A DNA stretch of 64,000 nt from Thermomicrobiales bacterium (lineage in GTDB: Bacteria > Chloroflexota > Chloroflexia > Thermomicrobiales > CFX8), in assembly GCA_037045155.1 (NCBI GenBank), contig JBAOIG010000003.1, positions 5,818 to 69,817 of the forward strand, in the 5' to 3' direction. The number at the start of each line of letters is the position of its first letter. Positions within the stretch are counted from its first letter, which is position 1. The notes beneath the pieces were generated by a model, which was not told where the DNA came from, did not search any database, and worked only from the letters and a program-made list of their open reading frames with translations. A program made the translations under genes and the position numbers. Below, one piece after another: positions 30,345-38,629 of this stretch.

Positions 30345-30373
30345 ATAATACCGAGCGGCCGACAACCCGTCAA
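30345..30373 (-). promoter_or_regulatory. sigma70-type promoter of the T-box/tRNA-Ala/leuS transcript
   Basis: Minus strand TTGACG (30373-30368), 17-nt spacer, TATTAT (30350-30345). This lies ~30 nt upstream of the Stem I base. Confidence 0.55.
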
Positions 30374-30427
30374 ACTTCGTCGTCGTTGCGTGGATGATAG
30401 AGTGCGCAGGCACGAAAGGACGAGGAC

Positions 30428-31078
30428 ATGGCCGAGGCATCCGCGACGACTGACCAGATCCAGACGATCGGCGAGCGAGTCCTCGCCCGGCTGGATAGCA
30501 CCAACATCGCTCGTGAACGGGCGCTGGCCGAAACGCGCCAGATCGTGCGGATGAGCGCCAATGCGATCCGCGCCGTACATCGCAACGACTTCGCCGAGGC
30601 GCGCGATCTGCTGGCGAAAGCGCGCGCGATGCAGGACGCGCTGGCCGCCGACCTGCGCGACACGCCGAACATCTACTGGTCGGGCTACGTCCAGGACGCG
30701 CAGAAGGAGCTGGCCGAGGCGAACATCGTCCACGGCATCATCTCCGGCAGCGGCGTGCCGGGGCCGGAAGACCTCAACGTCGAAGACGCTGTCTATCTCA
30801 ACGGTCTGGCCGAAGCCGCCAGCGAGCTGCGCCGCTACATCCTCGACGCCCTCCGCCGCGACCAGCCGGAACGCACCGAGGCGCTGCTGCAGACGATGGA
30901 CGACGTCTACGGCCTGCTGGTCAGTGTCGATTACCCGGACGCTGTCACCGGCGGACTGCGGCGCACGACGGACATGCTGCGCGGCGTGCTGGAGCGCACC
31001 CGCGGCGACCTGACCATCTCGATGCAGCAACGCAGCCTGCTCGCGGCGCTGGACCGGGCGGCCAGCACGCCGACGTAG
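30428..31078 (+). CDS. translin family protein
   Basis: 216 aa, all-helical. The YLNGLAEAASELRRYILDAL block matches the conserved YL.GL.D..GEL.R of translin/TRAX by recall. The gene is divergent from the T-box promoter. Confidence 0.55.
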   Translation: MAEASATTDQIQTIGERVLARLDSTNIARERALAETRQIVRMSANAIRAVHRNDFAEARDLLAKARAMQDALAADLRDTPNIYWSGYVQDAQKELAEANIVHGIISGSGVPGPEDLNVEDAVYLNGLAEAASELRRYILDALRRDQPERTEALLQTMDDVYGLLVSVDYPDAVTGGLRRTTDMLRGVLERTRGDLTISMQQRSLLAALDRAASTPT

Positions 31079-31277
31079 GGTGGATTCGACACCCCCTCAA
31101 CGGATGCGCCGCTCGGTGACGCATGCTCTGATACCACGGCTCGCGCGATGCGGGTATCCTTGCCGAGCGCGACGCGGTCCGATCCTGCTGACGACGATAC
31201 CTGCACCGCCAACGAGCCGAGCGCCGGCGCCATCAGCCCTGCGACCCGCTGGCCGGCCCAACCCGTGGAGAAGTGCC

Positions 31278-32792
31278 ATGATGCGGCGAGGATCCCGGTT
31301 GCTGGCGCTGGTCGCCAGCGTGCTGTTTCTGATTGCTTCGGCAAGCCTGCCGGGGAAAGCGAGGGCAGACGATGTCTATGTCGTCTACTTTCCCTGGGTC
31401 TCGAACAACGAGACGATCGGTGGGCAAGGGCCGTGGTCGTCGACGCTTGCGATCCACAATCTGAGCAACAATCCCTGCCCCATGTCGGTCTACGTCGTCC
31501 AAACCAGCGGCTGGAATAAGACGGCGCAACTCTCGCTCAATGCGGCGTCGACGCGTTCGATCGCAGCATTGTCGCTCGGTGTGCCGAAGCCTGGTTCGCC
31601 CGTTCGTCTCGAAGCAACCTGTCCGATTGCCGCGAGCGTCAAGGCATTCGCGCCGGCCACTGCCGCAGCCCCATGGTCGGACGGCGCCGGCATTATCACC
31701 GGCTACACCGGGTTGAGCGAGTTCGACATCGCCGCGTCACGCAACGGGCCAGACGCTGGCTGGGTCCTGCCGCTCGTCCAGACCAACACCGGCTGGAACA
31801 CGCTCGTCACCATCGCGAACCTTGGCACGACGCGGGCTGACGTCACGCTGAATCTCTATGCGACGGGCAACGAGGACGGCGCGGACGGCGCGACACTCTC
31901 GCTCCAGCAGGAGATTGCGGCCGGCGGCGTCTGGACGATCGACGCGCAATCCGCGCTCGGCCAGACGGGCTGGGTCGGCTTTGCCCGTATCACAGCAAGT
32001 GGGAACATCGGGGTCATCGCCCGGCGGGTCAAGCCATCGGCGCAGATGGCGATGATCAACGTCGGAGTCGCGACGAGCAGCTTCGCGTCCGGGGCCTATC
32101 GATCGGCCGCGCCATTGCTGTTCAACAACTACAACGGGTGGAATACCGGTATCACGTTGGCCAATCCGTCCGCGATTCCCGCGACGGTGACTGTCGAGTA
32201 CCACGAGGCAGGAGGCACACACGTGTCGAATACCGAGGTCGTTGTTCCCCCCTTCTCGATGCAGTACATCTATACACCAGGCTCGGTTGCGCAAGACGGC
32301 TTTGTTGGCGGCGCGAATATCCTCAGCAACGTCCCGATCATCTCCTCTATCGACGAGGTGAAGTACGAGACGATCGAGGGGCTGTCCTACATGGCGAACG
32401 CCGGTGGACAGAGCGAGGTAACCATCCCGATTGTGTTCCGTGAGAATCCGAAGTACTTGCAACACGACAACTCCGGCATCGCCATCGCGAATCTCGACCC
32501 GGCCGCCAGCGTGACGGTTGCCATTGGCTTCCTGTCGCTCTATGGAGCGGATCTGCTGCCGACGCCGATACAGCTGACGATCCCGGCTGGCGGTGTTGGA
32601 ACGATCTACTTGCCGTTTGTCGACGGACTGCCGGCCGGCACCGTCGCAACCGCGCGGCTGACGACCGCTAGCCCGGCTGGCATCGTCGCAGTCTCGAACG
32701 ACGTCAATTACACGGTTGCGGGTGACGGCTCGGTCGTCTTCAACGCATGGGGCGCGACAGGGTCGTATATCGCCGGAGGGGCGGGGCAGTGA
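31278..32792 (+). CDS. secreted protein built from four copies of an unassigned beta-rich module (paralog of the 43923..47036 N-terminal half)
   Basis: ATG 31278 (GGAGAAG upstream) with signal peptide MMRRGSRLLALVASVLFLIASASLPGKARA. Recurring module starts: YFPWVSNNE..., LPLVQTNTGWNTLVTIANLG, APLLFNNYNGWNTGITLANP, IPIVFRENP...GIAIANLD. The C-terminal VSNDVNYTVAGDGSVVFNAWG matches VSANVDYQVQGDGSVIWNGYN in the paralog. Confidence 0.7.
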   Translation: MMRRGSRLLALVASVLFLIASASLPGKARADDVYVVYFPWVSNNETIGGQGPWSSTLAIHNLSNNPCPMSVYVVQTSGWNKTAQLSLNAASTRSIAALSLGVPKPGSPVRLEATCPIAASVKAFAPATAAAPWSDGAGIITGYTGLSEFDIAASRNGPDAGWVLPLVQTNTGWNTLVTIANLGTTRADVTLNLYATGNEDGADGATLSLQQEIAAGGVWTIDAQSALGQTGWVGFARITASGNIGVIARRVKPSAQMAMINVGVATSSFASGAYRSAAPLLFNNYNGWNTGITLANPSAIPATVTVEYHEAGGTHVSNTEVVVPPFSMQYIYTPGSVAQDGFVGGANILSNVPIISSIDEVKYETIEGLSYMANAGGQSEVTIPIVFRENPKYLQHDNSGIAIANLDPAASVTVAIGFLSLYGADLLPTPIQLTIPAGGVGTIYLPFVDGLPAGTVATARLTTASPAGIVAVSNDVNYTVAGDGSVVFNAWGATGSYIAGGAGQ

Positions 32793-34885
32793 CAGCAGGC
32801 AGGACGGACGAGTTCTCTGAGATCGTCGCCGCGTTGAACGCTGGCGATCTGCCAGAGGTATTCGCGTTGATCGAGCGCGAGCTGGCGGGAGACGCCGGCC
32901 AGGAACGCCGATACGCGCTTCTGTTGATGCGGGCCAGGCTACGGATGGTCTCCGACGATCCGGGACTGGCGTTCCCCGACCTCGACGATGCGCTGACGCT
33001 CGCCGGTTCGACGGGAGGGCAGGCCGCAGTTCTCCAGGCGCGCGCCGAGGCCGCCGAGGCAGTTGGCGAGCTGGATATGGCTCGCGCAGATCTCGAACGC
33101 CTGATCGCGACGGTGACCGATCCGACTGACCTGGCGGCAGCCGAGCAGGTGCTCGGCCGGGTCGAGCGCGACGGTGGCGACATCGCCCGCGCAGTCGCGT
33201 TGCTGGAGAACGCCCGCCGGCGCTTGATCGTGGCTGGCGCTGACGACGATCGTGTTGCGGAGGTGGCGCTCGATCTCGCTATGGCGTTACGACTGGCCGG
33301 CCGGGCGGAAGAGTCGATCGCGCTCTTGCGGGAGGTCGCCGCGTCGGCTGGGCCGGAGTTCGCTGCCCGTCTGCTCGTTCAGATCGGCACGAGCTGCGCG
33401 TTCATTGGCGACTATGACGCCGCGCTCGAGGCGTGGGCCGAGGCGCTGCCGATGCTGGCGGACGGTGATGATCGCGCGGTCGTGCGCTACAACCGGGCCG
33501 TGGCGTTTCGCGATATGAGCAGGCTTGACGAAGCGCGCGACGACCTGCAACGCGGACTGGTGGATAACGCCGGGCTGAACCCGCACACCGAGTTCGACCT
33601 GCTCCTGCTGCTCGGCATCGTCGAGCGGGAGCGCGACGACAGCCAGCGCTCGCTCAACGCACTCGGCCAGGCGGCCGCGTTGATGCCCGACGGCGACCCG
33701 CATGGGCGCGCCCGGCTGGAGATCGGGACGACGCTGGCGGTTGCCGGGCTCGTCGGGCTGGCCGTCGAGGAGCTTGGAGCGGCCGCCCAACTCTGCGCGA
33801 ACCCTGACGATCGCGCCCGGGCGTTTCGTTCGCGTGGCGCGGCGCGGCAGGAGCTGGGCCTGGTTGACCTGGCGCTCGATGATTACAGCAGGGCCATCGA
33901 ACAGACAACCGACACTGACGAGCGAGCTCGTGGGCAGATCACCCGCGCAACCATCCTTGGGGCGCTCGATCGGCGGCGCGAGGCGCTGATAGCGCTGGGG
34001 GATGCCGCGCTGGCCGCTCGCGACCCGGAGGTGGCTCGTCAGGTGATCGTCCAGCGCGGGGCGCTACGCTCGGCCACCGGCGACCTCGATGGCGCGATCG
34101 CTGACCTGGAGCTCGGTCGCGACTTGGCATATCGGGCGGGCGATGACGATCTGGCCGCGCGAGTTTCGGTAGATCTCGGGGCGATTTTCGTTGCGGTCGG
34201 TCGTGAGGCTGACGCGATCGGGTTGTTCGACCATGCGCTGGCAACGGCGGCCGGCGGGGATGTCGCGTTCACCGCACTGATGCATCTCGGCAGCGTCCAC
34301 GTCGCGCGCCGCGAGCCGCTGGCGGCGCTTGGCGCGTTCGAGCGCGCCGCCGGCGCTGCTCACGACGACCGGGAGGGTCGGGCACGCGCCTTCCTGGCAC
34401 GCGCCGGCGCAGCCCAACGCTTCCAGCGCTTTGGCGAGGCCGCTGCGGACTACGCGCGGGTCCTCACCCTCCAGCCGGGGCCGCAGGCATTCGACCAGGC
34501 GTCGATCGGGCGGGACGTCATCGCGAACCAGATCGGCAGCCTCGAACGCGCGCGGGCGGAGCTGACCATCCTTATGCGAGCGCCCGAGGAGCCCAGCTTC
34601 CGGGCCGGCCCGACGCTTCAACGTGGCCTGATCGCGCTGCAGTTGGGCGATATCGCCGCGGCCGAGATCGATCTCCACCGCGCGTCCCGAATGTACCGAC
34701 TCCTCCCCGATCGCGCCCTCGCCGAGGCGTGCCTGGCGCTCCTCTCCGCCCATCTCGGCCGTTGCGAGGATGCACGCCAACACCTTATTGTCGCGGCCGA
34801 TCTCGACCCGGCCGGCGCCTGGAAGGCGCAACTGGCCGACGAAGCGGACTGGAACAACTGTCCGGGCGTGACAGATGAGGGCTGA
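32789..34885 (+). CDS. TPR-like repeat protein, cytoplasmic
   Basis: GTG 32789 overlaps the upstream stop (GTGA). ~700 aa of Ala/Leu/Asp/Arg-rich helical repeats with TPR-like periodicity and no signal peptide. Confidence 0.6.
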   Translation: MTAGRTDEFSEIVAALNAGDLPEVFALIERELAGDAGQERRYALLLMRARLRMVSDDPGLAFPDLDDALTLAGSTGGQAAVLQARAEAAEAVGELDMARADLERLIATVTDPTDLAAAEQVLGRVERDGGDIARAVALLENARRRLIVAGADDDRVAEVALDLAMALRLAGRAEESIALLREVAASAGPEFAARLLVQIGTSCAFIGDYDAALEAWAEALPMLADGDDRAVVRYNRAVAFRDMSRLDEARDDLQRGLVDNAGLNPHTEFDLLLLLGIVERERDDSQRSLNALGQAAALMPDGDPHGRARLEIGTTLAVAGLVGLAVEELGAAAQLCANPDDRARAFRSRGAARQELGLVDLALDDYSRAIEQTTDTDERARGQITRATILGALDRRREALIALGDAALAARDPEVARQVIVQRGALRSATGDLDGAIADLELGRDLAYRAGDDDLAARVSVDLGAIFVAVGREADAIGLFDHALATAAGGDVAFTALMHLGSVHVARREPLAALGAFERAAGAAHDDREGRARAFLARAGAAQRFQRFGEAAADYARVLTLQPGPQAFDQASIGRDVIANQIGSLERARAELTILMRAPEEPSFRAGPTLQRGLIALQLGDIAAAEIDLHRASRMYRLLPDRALAEACLALLSAHLGRCEDARQHLIVAADLDPAGAWKAQLADEADWNNCPGVTDEG

Positions 34886-35028
34886 GGCAATGGGGATGAC
34901 AAAGCCGCAGGGACAGCGTGCCTCAAGAGGCTCGTGACGTGAATCACGAAACCGGTTACCCTTTCGGGCATCGGGCTGAGAACAATCGGCGGATGACGTA
35001 ACCGACCCTGACGAATGTGAGGAAATGA

Positions 35029-36720
35029 ATGGCTGCACGGAAAGAGGAGCGCCAGATCGACGTCTCGCGCTTCCATACGTTCGACGAGATGACGGGGCTG
35101 CTCAAGGGGCTGGTAGAAACCTACCCGACGCTGGCCACGATCGAGTCGATCGGCCAGTCCCACGAGGGACGCGACATCTGGCTGCTGACGATCACGAATC
35201 AGCAGACCGGCGCGGCGGGTGACAAGCCTGCCATGTACATCGACGCCAACATCCACGCCGGCGAGGTCACCGGCTGTAATGTCGCCCTCTATACCATCGA
35301 GATGCTGCTCGCTGGCTACGGGAATGACGCCGATATCACCGAGCTCCTCGACACAAGAACGTTCTATATCGCCCCGCGCGTCCAGCCAGACGGCGCCGAG
35401 CTCTATCTGACGACGCCGTACACCCTTCGCTCCTCCGTCCGCGAGTGGCCAGGCGGCGACCCGGACGATGGCCTGACGGCGGAGGACATCGACGGCAACG
35501 GGCTGATTCTCCAGATGCGGGTGAGAGACCCGAAGGGCGAGTGGCGCGTCTCCGATCATGACGCGCGTCTGATGGTCAAGCGCCGGCCCGACGAGCTGAC
35601 TGGCGAGTTCTACCGCCTCTATACCGAGGGCGTTCTGAATAACCACGTCCGCGGGCCAGTGACGCTGGCGCGTCCGAAATGGGGGCTGGATCAGAACCGC
35701 AACTGGCCGGCAAACTGGTCGCCGGTGCAGCGCGGTGGCGGGCCACACCCGCTGTCCGAGCCGGAGACGCGGGCTGTCGCAACGTTCGTCGAGTCGCATC
35801 GCAACATCGTCATGATCCAGAACTACCACACGACTGGCGGGGTGATCCTGCGCGCGCCGTGCGCGGTCGATGACAAGACGCTCCCGCCGCGCGACGTGGA
35901 CACCTACAAGAAGATCGGCGACATCGGTGAGGGGATCACCGGGTATCCCTGCGCGTCCGTCTTCGACGCCTTCCAGGAGGTAGATGACAGCGGCCGGCGG
36001 AGCCAGTCGGGCGGGTTCATCGAGTGGACCTACTACCACCTCGGCGTCTTCTCCTTCGCGACCGAGTTGTGGGATCTGCAATCCCGAGCCGGCATCGAGC
36101 GGCCGGCCAACGATGCGATGCGCAGCATGCGTGAGCAGACCGAGGACGATGGCCTGAAGCTGCTGCGCTTCAATGACGAGCATCTCGGTGGACGCTGCTT
36201 CGTGCCCTGGAAAGCGCACGAGCACCCGCAACTCGGCGCGATCGAGATCGGCGGCTGGAAGACGAAGGAGATTCGCCAGAACGCGCCGGCCGAGTTCCTG
36301 CCGGACGAATGCGAGCGCAATGCCGCCTTCACTGTCCGCCAGGCGGCGATGACGCCGATCATCGCGATCGGCGACGTTGCGGTCGAGAAGATCGCCGACG
36401 ATGCCTTCGTGGTTCGGGCGATGGTGGCGAATGAGGGCTACCTGCCGACCTACGGCGCTGAGATGGCGCGGCGGATCGAGGCGGCCAAGCCGGTCGAGGT
36501 CGCGATCTCGGGGGCCGAGCCGATCATCGGCAAGGCGAAGCAGTCGATCGGCCATCTGCAGGGCCGAAGCGCGGCACGCGGGATGATGTTCTCCTTCGGC
36601 GGCGCAAAGGTGGATAACGAGCGCTTGCTGGAGTGGCTCGTCCGCGGCAACGGCGAGGTCACAATCACCGCGACATCCGAAAAGGGCGGCGTCGCGCGCA
36701 AGACGGTGGCGCTGGCGTAG
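35029..36720 (+). CDS. M14 family metallocarboxypeptidase
   Basis: SHEGRDIWLLTITN, YIDANIHAGEVTG (HxxE zinc ligands), NRNWP, and HPLSEPETRAV...YHTTGGVILR are typical M14 blocks. No signal peptide. Confidence 0.8.
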   Translation: MAARKEERQIDVSRFHTFDEMTGLLKGLVETYPTLATIESIGQSHEGRDIWLLTITNQQTGAAGDKPAMYIDANIHAGEVTGCNVALYTIEMLLAGYGNDADITELLDTRTFYIAPRVQPDGAELYLTTPYTLRSSVREWPGGDPDDGLTAEDIDGNGLILQMRVRDPKGEWRVSDHDARLMVKRRPDELTGEFYRLYTEGVLNNHVRGPVTLARPKWGLDQNRNWPANWSPVQRGGGPHPLSEPETRAVATFVESHRNIVMIQNYHTTGGVILRAPCAVDDKTLPPRDVDTYKKIGDIGEGITGYPCASVFDAFQEVDDSGRRSQSGGFIEWTYYHLGVFSFATELWDLQSRAGIERPANDAMRSMREQTEDDGLKLLRFNDEHLGGRCFVPWKAHEHPQLGAIEIGGWKTKEIRQNAPAEFLPDECERNAAFTVRQAAMTPIIAIGDVAVEKIADDAFVVRAMVANEGYLPTYGAEMARRIEAAKPVEVAISGAEPIIGKAKQSIGHLQGRSAARGMMFSFGGAKVDNERLLEWLVRGNGEVTITATSEKGGVARKTVALA

Positions 36721-36728
36721 GAACGGAC

Positions 36729-36937
36729 GGCCCTCACCCCCTGCCCCCTCTCCCAACTCTGGGAGAGGGGGTGGCTTATATTGCGGGGCAGAGAGTGAGA
36801 CCGTCGAATACAGGACACCCCCTCTCCCAGCATTGGGAGAGGGGGTGGCTTATATTGCGGGGCAGAGAGTGAGATCGTCGAATACAGGACACCCCCTCTC
36901 CCAGCATTGGGAGAGGGGGCCGGGGGGGATGAGGGCC
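36729..36937. repeat. palindromic intergenic element with three CCCCCTCTCCCA-N4-TGGGAGAGGGGG hairpins at a 74-bp period
   Basis: Hairpins at 36744-36771, 36818-36845 and 36892-36919, with near-identical 46-bp spacers. The element is bounded by the inverted termini GGCCCTCACCCCC and GGGGGGATGAGGGCC, and lies between the convergent M14 and gcvPB genes. Confidence 0.85.
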
Positions 36938-36941
36938 GTCG

Positions 36942-38417
36942 CTAGTCCGCGGCGTCCCGGTGGATCGCCGGTGCGTTCTCGGGGGTCCAGCGCAGATTGA
37001 CGTTGCGGTTGGCGCTGACTTCGTCGAGGCGCTTGTACTCGGTCGTGTGCGGAGCGTTGCGGACGAACTCCGGGTCGCTCTTGACCTCGTCGTCGATCTG
37101 ACGCATCACGGCAATGAAGTTGTCCAGCGTCTCGATGCTTTCCGTCTCGGTCGGCTCGATCATCATCGCTTCCTCGACGATCAGCGGGAAGTAGGTCGTC
37201 GGCGGGTGAATGCCGAAGTCGAGCAGCCGCTTGGCGATGTCGAGCGTGCGGACACCGTACTCCGCCTTCTGCCGGCGGGAGGTGGCGACGAACTCATGCA
37301 TGCAGGGCCGGTCGTAGGCGATCTCGTAGCGATCCTTCAGGTTGGCCATCAAGTAGTTCGCGGCCAGGACCGCGTCCTCACTGATACGGCGCAGCCCCTC
37401 GGCGCCGTGCATCCGGATATAGGTGTACGCGCGGACGTGCATGCCGAAGTTGCCGTAGAAGCCATGGACCTTCCCGACGGAATGCTCGGGCGACTCGAAG
37501 CCGTAGGAGCCGTCGTCGTGCTTGACGATCACTGGCTCGGGCAGGAACTGTGCCAGGTCGGCACGGACGCCGACTGGTCCGGATCCAGGGCCGCCGCCGC
37601 CGTGCGGGGTCGAGAATGTCTTGTGCAGATTGAAGTGCATGATGTCCATGCCGAGGTCGCCCGGCCGGACCATGCCGAGGATGGCGTTGAAGTTCGCGCC
37701 GTCGTTGTAGACAAGCCCGCCGGCCGCATGGACGACATTGATGGCCTCCTGGACGTTCTCGTCCCAGAGGCCGAGGGTGTTCGGGTTCGTGATCATCATC
37801 AGCGCAACATGTGGACCGACGAGCTCACGCAGCTTGTCGATGTCGCAGTTGCCGCGATCGTCCGACGGCACAGTAACGACCTTGAAGCCGGCCATCGCCG
37901 CCGTCGCCGGGTTGGTGCCGTGGGCGGAGTCGGGCACTAGCACGGTGTCGCGGGCATGATCTCCGCGCGCCTCGTGGTAGGCGCGAGCGATCAGAACACC
38001 AGTCAGCTCGCCATGGGCGCCAGCCGCTGGCTGGAGCGTGACCGTCGCGAATCCCGAGATCTCGGCCAGATAGCCACGCAGCTCATACATCAGCTCGAGC
38101 GCGCCCTGGACCGTCTTGGGGTCCTGGAGCGGGTGGATCGCAGAGAAGCCGGGCATCCGCGCGACGATCTCGTTGATCTTGGGGTTGTATTTCATCGTGC
38201 AGGAGCCGAGCGGATAGAAGCCGATGTCGATCGCGTGGTTCTTCTGCGACATCCGCGTGAAGTGGCGGATGACGTCGATCTCGCTCACCTCCGGCAGGGA
38301 GAGCTCGTCGCGGCAGAGCGCGGCGGGAATCTCCGTCTCGGGGACGTCGACGGCAGGAACAGTCGTGCCACGACGCCCGGGCTTGCTCAGCTCAAAGATC
38401 AGCGGCTCTACCGCCAT
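36942..38417 (-). CDS. gcvPB: glycine dehydrogenase (decarboxylating) subunit 2
   Basis: [17 protein letters not shown]... with [23 protein letters not shown] and [17 protein letters not shown] (PLP lysine region). GGTGGGGGGA RBS lies before ATG 38417. Confidence 0.9.
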   Translation of the reverse strand: MAVEPLIFELSKPGRRGTTVPAVDVPETEIPAALCRDELSLPEVSEIDVIRHFTRMSQKNHAIDIGFYPLGSCTMKYNPKINEIVARMPGFSAIHPLQDPKTVQGALELMYELRGYLAEISGFATVTLQPAAGAHGELTGVLIARAYHEARGDHARDTVLVPDSAHGTNPATAAMAGFKVVTVPSDDRGNCDIDKLRELVGPHVALMMITNPNTLGLWDENVQEAINVVHAAGGLVYNDGANFNAILGMVRPGDLGMDIMHFNLHKTFSTPHGGGGPGSGPVGVRADLAQFLPEPVIVKHDDGSYGFESPEHSVGKVHGFYGNFGMHVRAYTYIRMHGAEGLRRISEDAVLAANYLMANLKDRYEIAYDRPCMHEFVATSRRQKAEYGVRTLDIAKRLLDFGIHPPTTYFPLIVEEAMMIEPTETESIETLDNFIAVMRQIDDEVKSDPEFVRNAPHTTEYKRLDEVSANRNVNLRWTPENAPAIHRDAAD

Positions 38418-38629
38418 AGTTCCCCCCACCTGACCTTTCGCCGCATGCTATTGCGGAAAACCAACGATCGACCCGTCATGTCGCTGGCAGGATAACACCA
38501 GTCGCCGAGGGGCCACAACCGCGCCGCCAGCGTCGACGCCACTGATAGAATCGGACGGGCTGTTAGTCTCTCGCGGTATGCCGGCCAACCGTGCGCACCG
38601 CGTATCGACGTTTTCAGGGAGTCTCACCG

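Noticed and set aside
29771-30397. 208-aa and 135-aa plus-strand ORFs across the leuS upstream region
   Set aside because: They run antisense through a tRNA gene and a T-box leader and have no protein-like features.
34618-36756. 712-aa minus-strand ORF antisense to the TPR and M14 genes
   Set aside because: It has Arg/Asp/Leu-rich low-information sequence and no motifs. It is fully antisense to an M14 peptidase with clear family motifs. It is a GC-driven shadow ORF.
38418-38629. Glycine riboswitch upstream of gcvPB
   Set aside because: I read the minus-strand leader and could not find the conserved GGAGAG ... CACCGAAGGGGCAA ... CUCUGGAGAG core elements. Only vague resemblances are present (GCGAGAG, GGCGAAAGG).
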